Assembly: GCA_030167865.1 (NCBI GenBank)
Contig: JALAGF010004429.1
Span: forward strand, 1-64,000
Reading direction: 5' to 3'
Source: Craspedostauros australis
Lineage: Eukaryota
DNA: 64,000 bases
The position numbers and the translations under genes were made by a program. This document shows, one piece after another, positions 24,001 through 38,246 of this stretch (positions are counted from its first letter, which is position 1; every line of letters begins with the position of its first letter). The notes below the pieces were generated by a model. The model had not been told where the DNA came from. It did no database searches and saw only the letters and a program-made list of their open reading frames with translations.

Positions 24001-26839
24001 GCGCCAAAGCCAGTCTCCTTGTCCTTCTCATTGTCATTCTTGGGAGATGACTTGCTGCGATGCCAATTATTCTTGCCGTGTCCGTGCCCATGCATGAGTC
24101 CGGGGGATGGCATGAGATAGCTCGTGTTGAAAGATCGTGCGAGAGGTTGTTGTTGCTGCTGCTCCTGCAACGGCTGTCGCCGAATGGGCTCCTCCTGATC
24201 CTGCTGTTGTTCGTGGTGCTGATTGTGATCGCAAATGCGACTGCGATTGCCATGGAGCAAGTGAGGACCACGATGTGATTCATCTGCGGAGCTTGCGTTT
24301 GGTTGCTGACATATGTTGGGCTGCGGTATTCTCTGCAGGCCAAGAGTGGAATATCTGCCACTCATCGGATTTGACGCATCGAGGGTTGCCGTGTCGTCGC
24401 TGATCACGGACGTCCGCGTAACAGACATCAAGTTGATAATCAAGGAGGCCAACGACCGATGGAACTGAAAGAGCCATTCGTTCATGTCATCCGAATGCCT
24501 TGCCTGCAACACCAGCTTGTTCCGGCCATCTAGGTCATTGGGCTGTTCATTTGCAGCAGCATCGGAGATATTCCTGTTTCCATCTCGGTCGTCACCCCCA
24601 CTATCGCTGTCGCTGTCGCCGTTGTCATCCTGCTTGGGAACTGCCACCAGCTCGAAGCAGTTGCTGCCATATGCAGATTCGGCGGAACGAACCGCGCCGA
24701 TGGCATCGAGGTAGACGCGCTTCTCCCATATGTGTCCTGTCTGGGCGCGGGTCTTGTTCTGCGGGGTGCCAGTGATTCCAAGGAGAGCAGATGCAATTGT
24801 GCTTGATCTGTTTGGTGAATTCAAGGAATCGTGATAACGGCGAGGCATCGGCGACTTGGCCAAGTCATGAATTGTCGCCTGCTTGCGCTGACGAGGTGTG
24901 ACCGTGCCTTCCTGATTGCGCTCTTCCATCGCCTCGACGCAGTTGGCATCGGTGGGGTTGCGATAGAAGTAGAGGATGCCATCTTGGAGGATGCAATACT
25001 TGGCGCGCCAGACATGGTTGTCTTTCGGATCAACATAGTCCGATGGAGGCTTCCGATTGCTGCTGTGGTGGGAAGAGTAGCTCCTGGAATCCGTTGGCGT
25101 TGATGCCCCGTTGCTAATATTTGCAGCAGACGTTGCCGAAGTAGCTGTGTCGAACGACTCCATCGTCATGGGTGCGGATTGTCGCTTGTGGAAGGCCGGC
25201 CGGAAGGAGTCATGCGCATGTGGTGATTGTGCGTCTGGGGAATTAATCGCAATTGGCATTGTGCGACCAGGTGGTACGACGGGAGGTTGTGCTGCTGCTA
25301 CTGCTACTGTCGCTGCTGTTGCTGTGCCTGATGCGGATGAAGCTGCATGCGCGGCACTTGCTGTTGTCATGTTGGCATGGCGATTATTGGCTTCATCTTC
25401 TTTGGGCTTGGTGGCCATCTTCGGTGCCGGCTTTGCAGCAGATCCAAATCCAAACAAACCAGCAACGAGCTCCATCCCTGATTCGATTGGGTTCTTTGGT
25501 GCTTTCGCAGACGATTCCGCACCTTCAGGTTTCTCAACATGCGCGTCCGCCTTCACTCTCTCGCTCTGTTTCTCGGCAGAATGGACATCGCCATCCGTTG
25601 CTCGATCCTGGTTGTGGTTGGTGCCGCGAGTGCGGCCGCCGTTTTGGTGATGCCTGTGCTCGTCTCCCGCCGGTGATGGTGTCACGACTGGAGCATCCAG
25701 AGCGTTGTTGAGGTAGTCCTGCATGGTTCTGTTCTGCTCGTTGGGTGTATTCAAGCCATCTCCCCACGCCGCAACGTTCTGTGCTGTTCCACCATAGTCT
25801 TCATGCTGAGGCGAAGGAGGACCATCCATCATGGCGAACTGATCTCCATCATCCATGTCCATCCCCATGTCCATATCCATGTTCGCAAGCGGATCAGTAG
25901 CCGTGTCATTGTCATCATTCAAAGAGGAAGGCATGCGCATTTGTGCCATCTGTTCCTGTGCTGTGTTAATGCGTTGCGGGGTTGTCGTGCCAGACGAGTT
26001 CAATGGAACCACCCCATCGTGCGGTAGAACATTGCCGTTGATGGTATCAGCGACCATGTGATGCGGTTGATTAGACCTCTTGAGAAGGTAGCCGCTGTAC
26101 GAGACTTTCGCAAGATCAGCGCTGATGTGTCTGTTCTCAATTGAGGGAGTTGAGAAGAAGAAAAGAAGAATGGGGGTTTGGAAGAATGCGCGGAGGGGGT
26201 ACAGCGTTATGGAATGTGCCATCCGAGTATGGTATTTGAAGTGTATGGTAGTGTGGGCATGAGGAGGCAACGTTAGCATGTTTTTGCATGGGCTCATAGT
26301 CATAGCGTGAAGAAGACCAAGCGAAGGCGATCAAAGGGACGCAGAACTTGGCATTGATGGCATGGAAGAAAGGAAAAGAAAGAATCACCAGCCGAGCGCC
26401 GTCACCTTTGAGGCACACATGTTTCCCAATCGTGTTTCTGTGATGGGCAAGGGGAGCGACCAAGCTCTGCAGAGTATGAAGCACCAGAACGAAGGGAGAG
26501 AGACCATCTCCACACGGGCGAAGCAAGGTATTGCAGTTCTATGCTCTCTGCAGTGTTCAGTACCCTGCATCGACACAGCCACAGGCACCCATGGCATGAT
26601 ATTATACAAACGTACCGATGAAACTTCGCGGCAGCAGGCAGAAATTCTGCATCAGCTCCCAACGATCGCGACAGCAGGTATTCTTGCGATGACGAGTGCC
26701 TCAGTCGCATTGCGTTTGGGTCCTTGGTGGTGGTGGTCGTCCGCTGATCGTTGAGTGGGACTGCGTAGCCATGTTGGTGCTGTCGATTGTGCGCATCGTG
26801 GAGTGGAATCGGAATGGGTGTGGACCCTGTTGTTGTCAT
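21072..26839 (-). CDS. PH-domain-containing PP2C/PPM Ser/Thr phosphatase (~1664 aa); exons 26839-26616, 26130-21492, 21203-21072
   Basis: PP2C motifs NEDS, FAIFDGHCG, SGATA, NLGDSR, LAVSRAIGD, VLACDGLWDV and GSSDNITVIV (last exon, absent from the ORF track). PH elements SGYLLKRS, WRAKYCIL, CFEL, DMNEWL. Splice phases are consistent; exon 1 is less certain. Confidence 0.88.
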
Positions 26840-26949
26840 AATTCTGCTTCTGCTCGTGCTGTTGTCGCTGTTTCTAATGCTGCCTCTCTTGGTGTTGTTG
26901 CGCTGCTCCTGTTGCTATTGTTGTTACTGTTGCTGATGATGTCTCCTTT

Positions 26950-27001
26950 CTATCTATCTCTTTCTCTCTTTCTATCTATTTATCTAGTCTATCTATCTAT
27001 C
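26950..27001 (+). repeat. Degenerate (TCTA/TCTT)n microsatellite
   Basis: Read directly; in the PP2C 5' region. Confidence 0.8.
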
Positions 27002-28380
27002 GATTGATCGTCGTCGTCTGCGTGTGTTGTTTGTCTTGGTTGCCTTGTTTGCTCTCGTTGTTGTTGCTCTACCTGTATTATTGGAATGATGATGGTGCCA
27101 TGCCGTACGAGAAGGCTCGATGGATCTGCCCAGAGCGTTGGTGGGCATCCGCTGTGTTCTTCGAAGCAAGACCCCGACGTGATGTTGACACAACAAAAGA
27201 GCCAACCAAGAAAGAGGAGGAAGGAAGGACGGATGTCGTTCAACCCACGACCCCGGGTACCGCCGAGAGCGTTGGCGACAGCCAAACCCGTGACAAACCG
27301 AGCCTGCAACAGCACATCAACGCGAGCTGCGCTTCACCTCGTACAAAACCGACGACCAAGCGAAATTTGTTTGCCTGTTTTGTTCTTTGGGTTCTGTGCT
27401 TTGATGTCAGTTGGGGTCAATCCAGTCCAAAGCGCAGGATGGGGACTCCACGACCTTCGATTCTATTCTGGATGTACTCGACCACTCCGATCAACAGGTT
27501 TCCCTCCACAACCAATCCGGTGAATCCGCGACTTCCTAACGGACTGGAAGGACCTTGATTGGAATGGAGGTGACAATCGATTTTACGTGACCGAAACCGT
27601 AGCGGTTATTCACACAATGACACACTTACAACCGCGGACAAAGCCTGCCCGCATAGCGCACCCAAGAGGACGGATAGACGGCAATGCACAGTGGCCAAAA
27701 TCGGCGCCAAAAATTCGGTCCTCACAAGTCTGCAAATTTGTTGCATCCACCTTTCGGTTTTGAGAAAGTGGAGAGGTGTCTCCCACGTGTGGTGACATTC
27801 ACATGTTTCTCTTCTGTCCCAACCTGGGATTGTCATGGATGCAGTCATTCGCACGACTTCGCCCACTCTCCTCTTCACATCGGTTTGCGCGGTTGATTGA
27901 GAAATGAAAGCCAATGGCACATCCGACGAGACAGAAAGAGAGGCACAACAGACCAACAGAGAAGGAAGAGAAGGAGGCCACGCTCTTGATGCTCCTCACG
28001 CGTTTCTTCTGCGTGGTCCTTCACAACGAAAAAGCAAACCAAGAAGCGGACCAGATTCCCGTTCGTCGCCGCGGTCAGGAGAGCATCCGGAGTCGTCCTG
28101 GGTTGGGAAGAGTGTTGCACCGGAGGTATTAGCAGTCCTCTTTCAATACACATCTGTCTCTCCATCGGATTGGCCACCAGGGATCAAGTGGATTGTCAGA
28201 ATCGGTCATCCATCCATCCATCCATCCACCCACCCATCTGGCTATTGGTGTCCTCCACCAACGATTGCGAGAAAAGACGACTGCTTCTGGACAACGGTGG
28301 CAACCTTTGATATAGCAGTTCCATAGCCCGAGCATCTGAGTTGCTACGAGCATCCCCTCCTCGTACAGAGGAAAGACAGG

Positions 28381-30798
28381 ATGGCAAGCAACATGGCGCA
28401 TTCGGACAGACCGGCGCAGCCATCCTACGCTCTGCATGGAGGCGAAGGAAGCCGCTCGGCGACACCAGCCACAGCGGCCATGCCGGTCCTGAAACCTGTG
28501 CCACGGGGTGCATCGTTGCCGCCGGGAACATGGAAACCGAACTCCTCGCATCCGTTGCACGGCGATGTTGGGCAGTACGACTATACCTCCGACCAAGCCA
28601 ACGGGAAGGGCTCCAAGACGTGCTGGTTCCCATTCAAACAGCAGTACAAGAAGCGCAGGCGAAGACATGCCGATGTGCACCTCGTGCATGATCCCTTGAG
28701 ACCTCAGCCGCTCGTATTCCGTCTCAAAAGCACGGGCCCCAATGGCCAGACGCGTGAGGAGCGCGTGCAGGCCTTCGAGTATCACAACGGGGCCGACAAT
28801 GGCAACGACAATGCAACCACAGCGTCGGAGCAGCAGGTCGGAGCGACGGAGCTGGTTCTGGGTGGAGGTCCCATTGCTTCACAGTCACCATCAATGTCAC
28901 CATCAAAGTCACCATCAAAGTCGCAAGCACAAATGCAAGCACTCGCCGCATCGCCAGATTCGGCAATGAGACGGAGGCTCAATGACACCGCCACCACTGC
29001 AGACTCATTCGATGCCTTTGATGCCTTCCACAACAGCGGCTTTGGTGCCAGTCAAGACACTGACGGCGACGACAACAGCATCGCTGACTTTTCGCACTCG
29101 AAACAGCAACAGCAGCAACAACAGCAACGGCAACAGCAGCATTATCAGCAGCAGCAGCAGCAGCAACGACAACGCGCGAATTATGCGCTGGCGAACGTGG
29201 ATGCTAACTGCGCCACCAAAAAGTTCTGGATCGATGAAGTGGTGGACAGCACAGGTTGGAATTGCATGGATGATGGATTTCCGGCACCGTCGCGTTCCGC
29301 GGCAAACGAGAGATCGCCCGCGCCATCGTGGAAGCCCATCAATGGATTGGTCAAGAGTCCGCATCTGCAATACGATGGGGATCGTGCCAATGCCTCCACT
29401 GCGGATCCCAACAACACCAACGACGACAATACCAACATCGTCTTCCGAGACTCCTTCCTTGACGATCTCATGGTCTTTCAGCACGAGATATTCGAAGAGC
29501 AGGCCAGGGATGGCATGATGTCGTTGGCTGGTTCCATCGATGAGAGCATGCCCGTACCGCAGTGCGGAGATGAAAATGATTACTTCGACGAGCGGTTTGC
29601 TGGGAAGTGTGCCAAAAAGACGAGGAGTCCACAGCGCATGAAGTATCGAGCGCCATCGAATGCGGCCAACTATGATGAAGAAAAGAAGGATGAGTTTGAT
29701 GGCGGCGCGGACACCAACATTGAGCACGGTGATGGCACGGATCCAATATTCTCAGTCGAAGTGGAGCACGCACCAGACACTGCGCAGGACGGAGGCGATG
29801 CGAATGGTTCCAACAAGCACAGCAAGAAGACCAAGAAGGGGATCCTTGGTCTCTTCTCAAAACTGCACATGGGACGCAAGAAGGGCCACGCCGACAAGAA
29901 CAACAGCGATCTCACCTCCAAATCGACCCTCATCCATTCGGTCAACAACACGGACAAGTCCACGATCGTGGAAAAGAACAAGGTAGTGCCAGTACCGCAG
30001 CGGTCTCTTTCATCAAAGGCTGCCACAAAAGCTGGCAAACGCACGAGCACTCGTGCATCTGGCATTGCGTCGGGTGCGGCCACAGTTAGTACCAACAGCA
30101 CGAGCAGCAATAGCAATAGCAATGGCGGGAGTACTTCTGACAGAATGCGTACGCCGACACGCGGCGCCAACACCTCGGCGGGGGGAGCGAACAGATTCCA
30201 AAGGACGACATCAAACGGAACCAGAAGCAGCGGAGATGATGCTGCATCTGCCAATACCGAATCCAGGCATTTCGCAAACAAACCGAAAACGCACAGCTGG
30301 GGACATCGCAGTCTCATGGATGACGACGAGCAGAGCACGTCGAGGGGGACATTGGATGATAGCGGACGTAGCAGCAGGGATGTGGAGGACACGGCGAGCG
30401 AAAGCTTCCGTCGCCAAGCAACCCAGATGAACACGCGCATCAACTCCACCCAAAAGTTCAAGATCACGATGACGGGGGAAATCAATCAGATCGGCGGCTT
30501 TCCGGAAGACAACATTGCAATCACAAATCGTTCCATGTCATCGACGCCACAAACGAGCTTCGGATTGGGGCAGGACCAACGACAATTGAATGCAGCAAGC
30601 ATGGCCCAAGAAGGATTCAAGGAAGAAATCGAGACCATGGATTACACCGACGCAGCGCAGCCGACACAAGCCACCGACGAAACGAATCCAGAGCTGCTAC
30701 TTCAGCGCATGACGGCGATGTCCTTCAGCGGCGCGAATGGAAGCAATGGCAATACAGCAGCAACTGCAGACGCAAACGAAAACAGGAAGACAACCCCG

Positions 30799-30829
<31 letters not shown>

Positions 30830-31872
30830 AGCAGCAGAAAACAGCGAGTGCGCGCTCGTCGAAGAAACGCAACGTCTCATTCTCATTCCAAAAGGTGTTT
30901 GCATCGAAGCGCCCACAATCGCAGGGCTCCAGCCAACCAACGGAGCCGGAACTCAACGTCAATAGCATTCCCATCATGATCCGTGACGATCAGTCCGAGA
31001 CTGGCTCGGACAAGGTCAACACCGGCGCGGAGGAGCCTTCGAAGGACGCGGCAGCGGCCGTCAATGCTGCTGCTGCGCTCATCGAGAACAAGGGAAAATC
31101 AAACAGCGCAGCTCGATTCTCACGCAACAGCTCGGTGCTCGCAGCATTGAACCGCGCGCATGAGATGGCCGCGAACTCCCTCCCGGAGGCGCATGCCGTC
31201 GAACGGTGCAAATCGGAATTCACGCTGAAGACTCGCGAGCGATCCTTGCTAGACGACTCAAGGAGCAATCTCGGGCCAAACGGCAGCCCCGCGGTGAAGC
31301 GCACCAAATCCACGAGCATGCTCAAGCGGGAAGAATTTCAAGAGAACGAATTCCTATCGTTGGAGCGCCAAACCACGACGAGCGCAGTGCAACGGGATCC
31401 GTCCATCGTGGACAGCCTGGATTCGCAGCACAAGGATAACTACAAGGAGTTCAAGAAGTTCTTGGAGGATGACTTTGCTCTCGTCCGCCGAATTCCGAGC
31501 AAGATCGAGATGCCCAGCAGCCCAGGTGGTAGCGGTCAGCGTTCCGTTATTTACTCGCCGAGCCGCCGCGGCAAGAACAAGATGAACATGGACGAAAACG
31601 ATTCATGGATGGATGACGGCAGCGGGATCCGGACCGAGACCTTCCAGGAGTACGAGGAGGAGGATTCTTTGTTCAGCGACCTACGAACCAACGGGGATCA
31701 CAAATCCAAGGGAAGCATGACTTTGAGCAAGCAGTCGGCATCGACTCTCGACCAGAGCGAACTCCGGATGCTCCGTGCGATGAGGAGGCAGGATGGACAA
31801 TTGACGACCTTCTCGGATGCTTTGTTTGACGAAGATAAGTTCGGATGCATCGATAAGTGGATTGATGTGTGA
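28381..31872 (+). CDS. Hypothetical low-complexity protein with polyQ/polyH tracts (1163 aa)
   Basis: 3.5-kb ATG-initiated stop-free ORF; S/N/Q-rich; no recognised domain. Confidence 0.75.
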
Positions 31873-32212
31873 GCCGGTACTGAAGGTACCATAGAATATT
31901 ACATGGTGGAGGATGGCAGGGTCGAACAGGACGAATTGGGGATGAAGCGATGGGATGGGGTCGGGCTAATTTGACGCTAATACTCTCTGGGATAATAGTA
32001 TACGGTACTAACATCGCTCTTCGGTACCCTCAGTTTGCCAGTACGTACATACGAAGTGATACCATGTATGCCATTCGTCCGATGCGCGCGTTCTCTGTTC
32101 GCATGATACGCTGTATAGTACATGTCAAAGAGATGATGGCTTCTTATGGTATGCACGTGCGAGTACCATACAAGTATGCAGGCATGATTAGCGTACGTAC
32201 TGATGCAAACAA

Positions 32213-35200
32213 TCAGAACGACGTCCGAGGCAATACCTTTTCATCCGATGTTCCCATCAGCATCGTCTCGATTCCAGTCGTCTTCGTCATCGGAACGGGG
32301 CCTCTCCAAGTGTCCACTCCCGCTCCATTGAACACCACAAACTTGTTCTCCTTCCTTGCGTACATGTCGTCATTGATCATCTCAAAACCGGGTGGTACGG
32401 ATGACCGCATGGCGGATTCGAACAGCGCCGGCGGCTTTGAACCTTGGATTTGCGCATTGGAAGCGATGGGAATACCCAGCCGCGCCGCTCTTGCCACGAA
32501 ATCCGACTGCTCATTGCCGAACCGTCGTGCTGCCAACGCGTCTGTCGATGCTGATTCATGCTGGTCATTCACTTCGCTTGTTCTGGTGCGATGCGGTGGC
32601 TGAACACGCTCACCAATGAGGAATGCCAGATCTTCCGTCTTTAGGGTCTCCTCCGGTCCCGAGAAAGTGGCATACAGCTGCAACGTCTCGTCGTTCGTCA
32701 ATTCGCTGCGTTCGCAGGTCACGCTGGCAGGGCGCAGGAAGTCTCGGTACACCTTGGAGGAGTGAGCATTGCGCCGTCGCCCATTCAAGATGGACGCCTT
32801 GACGCCAGGCATGAGCATCCCTCGCCTTCGGAGCTCGACCTCGAGTACTTGGTTGGTCTCCCTCAACTCGCCCCTTCTAAACATGTTCTCGGCGGCGTCC
32901 AGCTGCTCCTGGATAGCTGTCGCCACCTGAATTGCCGACGTATTCTGGTTGAGGCCGCGGTAGGTGCCACTGCTGACTATGCGACCGACGTAGCCCGATT
33001 GCGCAAGCTGTCACATTTGTGATTTTGGGCAAGGAATAAATGGAGATTGGACGAAAGATGATGTGAGGATAGCCATGTCTTGCCACCATGGTCGTAGATC
33101 CACACGAGTGTTAGGACACTGACATGCTCGCATGGACTTCCCTGCTCACGCAGACTGGGCGATGTGGCGGCTGCGACAAAGACGGTCACTATCGGCGTTG
33201 AACATTCTTGCCAAAGACTGACGTGGCCAAAATGTAACTGTTGCGAAACATACGCTCGTACTCACCTCGCGGATTCCATCCACATCATTTGAATGCAACG
33301 ACAGATCGTGGAGACTATCCCTGAATTCGTAAATGGCACCTGTGTTTGCGAACGGATTTGAACTTGACGCAGCCAGAGGTTCGACGTAACGTTTGTACTC
33401 CTCTGGGACAGGTTTGTTGTGATCGCCCAGCTGGCCCAAATAGTTGTACCCTGTCATACAGAAACGACGCAAGGATGCCTCGTGGTGTGAGATGCGCGAT
33501 TTGGTCAATGGAAACAGACTTCAACACAGCAACTGGCTCGAACTGGCGATATATACGCATGCAATGATGGCCCATAGCATTCGGCGGAACGCAAGGAGAA
33601 AACAGAGCAGAGGACCATCGGCAACTGCCACATTTGCATTGCGCACTTCCTGCATGACTTACCACTCGTTACTGAATACTGCCCTGACATGCCATTGCCA
33701 CTGCCCTCGCCGTTGTTGCTGCTGCCGTAATGCATCTTGTCCCTCGGCGGCACAGTGTCCGAAGCAAACCTGGGCGCACCATCGCTCTTCGACTCAAGGC
33801 TGCTGAAGGCCAGATACTGCTCCACAGTCGTGTCACCGTCCATGGGTGAGAGGAGATTCGGTCCATGCAAAGGCGAGGCTGACGCATTTTGGGACTTCCA
33901 TGTCTGCGGATCGGCAAACGTACGTCGGTACCTTGCCTGCTCCTCTTCTTCGGCGGGTACGCCTTGCTGCGTCGCATGCCCAGCACGGACGGGAGTGGCC
34001 CAGGCCCTCGCGAAGAAGCGGTCAAATTGAGACAGCTTGTCGGGATGGTACACCCGATCGTACCTGGGCGGTAGCTGCGAGTCTGCTGGACCTTCGCCGA
34101 GTTGCATCCACAGACGCTGTCGAACGTTAGATTTGATGGCGATCTTCCACCACGACGAAAGCTCTCTCTTCTGCGACTGGCATCTCTGTTGGACTAAATG
34201 CAGCTGCCGTGCCACATTGTGCATTCTGTCCGACATGGCATCGCTGGTCTGTATCGATGTTGCCGACGATGAACGGTGCACGTTGCTGCGCAGGGATACC
34301 AAATTCTGACTATCCTTGTAGTACTGGGGATCGTCCATGTCGTCGCCGTTGTTATCTAACGACAGAACATTGTACATCTGTTCGAACAGTTTCATCGTCT
34401 GGTACCTCTTCTTGCCAAGGTGCAGGTAATAGTCCGTCTCCATCTCCCAAAGCGGCGTTGTGTGCATGTAGGGAATGTAAAACCCAAGGAACAGATTCCT
34501 GCATTCCAAAAGGCGTCATCGCACATGCAAGAGGGAGAAGAAACGAGAAGACGGCAACAGCGGGACGTATTTGAGCAAGGGTGAGATCGGTTAGCATGCA
34601 TCAATCATTCTCGTGAGAGCAGAGTCGCCAATCACACGTGGTGCTTGTTCAAGGCTATTCTTCGTACCACGAATACATCACACTTGGCCTGATCTTATCT
34701 TATCTTTTCTTGGCTTGTGCTCGCACTTACATGGCATCCTGCTTCAAATCATCCTTGAAAGCGTTGCTGTAATACCGTCTGATCGACGTGAGCAATTCAT
34801 TGTGCTGCGCGTATGAGATGAAAGCATGCGTGGTTTGGGGTCGAGGTGTACATGAACAATTCCGTTGGATAGATACCATACAAGTACAAATGCGACATGC
34901 TGGGTGAGACCAAAGCTGAACCACGCAGCGCGAACTCCATGTTGTCGCGGCTGTCCAATCATGTCCATGCACGCCTCATGTATCAGATGTAGCGCCCACT
35001 TGAGTAATAGGATGTTGGTGCAGCAGCAGAGCTTTCTCGTGACTGTGGACATCGGTATGTCGGCAAACGGTATTCATTGCTCACACATGACACAGTTGAG
35101 CGTATCAATCTACGCGGATCAAACTCACCTTTCCGATTGGTCCTGCTATGTTCGATTCAGATCGTTCTGCAGACACCTTCTTGTGAGCCTCAGATCCGCC

Positions 35201-38200
35201 GTATTGAAGTGCGACTGTGTATAGGGTTGCATGGAGAATAGCGTATAGAGCACAGCAATGCGATAGCATCCAATGTGCGCACATTATGACACCATGACAT
35301 CATGTAATGGTTGAGAAGATGGATTCAATGAAGATGAACAGAGACACAATACGAGTAGAACGCACAGATCTGTTACACGGCCATACTCTTGCACACCAGC
35401 GTGGTACCAAAGGCCACAATCCAACAGGAAGATTGGGGAGCATGGTTGAATGGCGATGCGCACTGCGAGATATCGCAAGAACTTCAAAGCGCAGCGTTTG
35501 ATATGTGGGATGGAATACGCAAAGTACTTACTGTGATCCCCGATGTCCACGTACATATCAATCAGTATCCGGACGATCGTGGAGGATGGGTCTAGCTTGA
35601 CACTCGACCGCACGCCCATCACGACGAGCTGCTGTTCCATGGCCTCAACACCAGCACTGAACTGTGCCACGTTCGTTCGATCCAAACAGCTGTGGTTGGC
35701 ATCAGCAAAGGGCGACAAGAATAGCAGCAAGAAGTGTTAGCTTTGGCCCAAAATGTCTTGCGTTGTTTGGTTTCTCCTTTTACCATACGCAGAGCACTTT
35801 GATACCAAATGACGTGATCATTGTCGGTGTCTCTAGCAAAGCACAAAGCACAAAGCCCACTGGAGACAACGCAAGCGCTCGCCCTCTCTCTGGCTCTCTC
35901 ATTCTTTCTCCTCTCTGATTATTGTATGGACTTACTCGATGCAGTTGGTTCGCAGGACACCGGTCTGTTCCATGGGGAAGGCAGGGATGTCGAAGTGCGT
36001 TGACAGCATCTTCGATGGCTCCAGATCATACGATGTGAAAGGTTCGATGCGATTGCCTGGGACGATCTTCCATTTTGGAGCGGAGCAAAAGAATCCGGTT
36101 TGGTTGACGGACCATGTGCTCACCTCCTTGAGCGATTGCCGAACATCCAAGTGTCTGTGCTTGCTGATGTGACTGTAATCCAATGCGCAATATTGAATCT
36201 TGTGCTTGGGGTCGATGCTCGTGTTGATGTAGTCGATGGCATGCCGATACTCGTTGCCAACCCGCACTTCGCGCTCCCGCTTTTCGCTTTGTTTGACCAG
36301 ATCTAGAACCACGATGGGGCTGCCATACCGTTTCATGAGGTCCCCGAAATGGATCTGCGTTGCTTTGTACGTTAGATCGACGTGGTTGAGCTCGATGGAA
36401 GGTTTTGGGTTGGTCACGCTGCTCTCCTGCGTCCAGAATGTCGGGATACTCCCGCGCACCTGGAGATAGGATGAGTATATACCTGTGGATTCGTCATGGA
36501 CGATCTGCTCGTGTTCAACATCGTTTGCGACCTTGCCACGTTCGCTCACACCGCGCTTGAGGTACCGAGTTCCTGCGAAATGACGAGATCGGCGCGCCAG
36601 AAGGCTGACGTTCAAGGTCCTGCCGTAGTCATTGAGCTTTCTCTGAATGAAGGCACCTGCTCGATCGCATCGTATTGTATTGTGTTACCATGCATCATAT
36701 GACGTCGTATTGCATCGGATTGTATTGGAATCGAAATCGAGTTGGAATGAATTGGATAAGTTCTGCATAGGATATGTGTAGTGTTTTGGTTTGGTTGGAT
36801 GCACGTTCCGCGAAAAGACGAAGATGGTGTGAACATGTACACGCAAAGCGCACATGCATGTACTCGAAACAAGAATGCAAAGCGAGGAAAGCCATTCACT
36901 GCCAGCCAGCAAGTGACCGTAGTAGAACAGAGTAGTGCGATGCCAACACCATTGGCACAGCCCACCGCCCCTTACCACTTACCATGTACGATCGGAAGAA
37001 TCCAGTGGAAACTGGAATGCGAGTTCGTGCAGGCCTTCAATTCTCTGGTGAGGAAGTAGTTCCATGCGTACATGTTCTTGAACGGCAATGGTGGAAATGG
37101 CTTCGATGACGAAGCGAGGAAGTTCTGCTGCAATCCTCTTGTGAGGTCGTAGGTGTAGGAGAAGAAGAAGTTCTTGGACAGTTCCACGACCTGGTAGACC
37201 TGCAGGTAGCGCAATTCCGACATTTCCGGGTTGCTGACACCGAGACCGACGCTGAGCTTGCCCCGATTCCACATGGACAGCAGGACCGACGAAGGGTCTG
37301 CGTGGATGTCGTGGAATCCACCCTGACCGGGAACCCTCTCGGATGGTTTGATCGGAAATGTCTCGGTGTCCTTGATTGTGTAAATGCCATTCTCGCCTAT
37401 GCTTCCGACCTTGGCACGCCGAGTGATGAGGGTGAGGTGGTAGCAATCCAGGAAGCGGATGAAGCCGACGATGCCATACGCTTTGGCGACAGGTTCTGGT
37501 AGACCGGTCTCCTCATCGAATGATTGGCCGATCTTGTTCCTTCTGTTTCTTCTGCCTCCCATGCCGATACCGCTGCTGGTACTGCTGCTGCTACTTCTGC
37601 CAGTCGGGTCAATCATCTTCTGTATCTCTTCCCGCGTGTAGATGTGCGGATCCTCCGTGAGGAAGTCAGACAGCGGACGCATCGTTGGCTTTGCTCTGTG
37701 CGACGCTTCTGGAATGGTCTGGCTCTCTGATCGCTTCGATTTCGGTCCACCATCATAACTGCTTTGGCTTTGCGACGACGCCGAAGCGCGGTTGGGGCTG
37801 CCCCCTCTGGGGTTTGGACTGTGCTTCAGTCCGGCATGGGGCGCCTTCTTGGCCGATGGGGCATCAGGTGGCCACTCGATCCGCGTTCTGTCGATCCGCA
37901 GCACCCTGTACATGGAGTTGTGCTCATTGTGCGCCACGATGAAGTAAAACAGATCCGTGCAATACAGCTTGAATCTTTCCAGCTTGGCAATGTAGGGATT
38001 CAGCTCAGGTGGCTCAGGGAATGCTCGTTGGCTTCCATTCATCGATCCTTGCGATTGGGTGCTGTGAGTTGTGTCAGTTCCCCAACCGTCGTGCGCTGCA
38101 GGATCATGAGAGCCATTCCGTTGGAATGATGGTGGTCCATCCCCCTGCGTTCCGTGGCCTCCCTCTTCGTGTTCACCCTCATCCTCCTCCTGCGGTCGGG

Positions 38201-38246
38201 CCCTCAGCTTCTGCAACCGAGATCCTCTGCTCTGACGGCTTGCCAT
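32213..38246 (-). CDS. FIG4: FIG4/Sac3-type polyphosphoinositide phosphatase (~1372 aa); 8 exons 38246-36983, 36656-35936, 35689-35532, 35214-35129, 34804-34731, 34498-33663, 33450-33266, 33007-32213
   Basis: YRVLRIDRT, GIVGFIRFLD, NFFFSYTYDLT, ARRSRHFAGTRYLKRG, VRGSIPTFWTQ, catalytic NCIDCLDRTNVAQF, IALQYGGSEAH, RRYYSNAF.D..KQDAMNLFLG, LWEMETDYYLH. All seven GT-AG introns are phase-compatible. Confidence 0.93.

Noticed and set aside
26403-26548. Possible extra PP2C exon (CAG acceptor near 26548, GTGACG donor near 26405)
   Set aside because: Ends in phase 0 while the next exon needs phase 2; the direct 26616-26130 splice is in frame.
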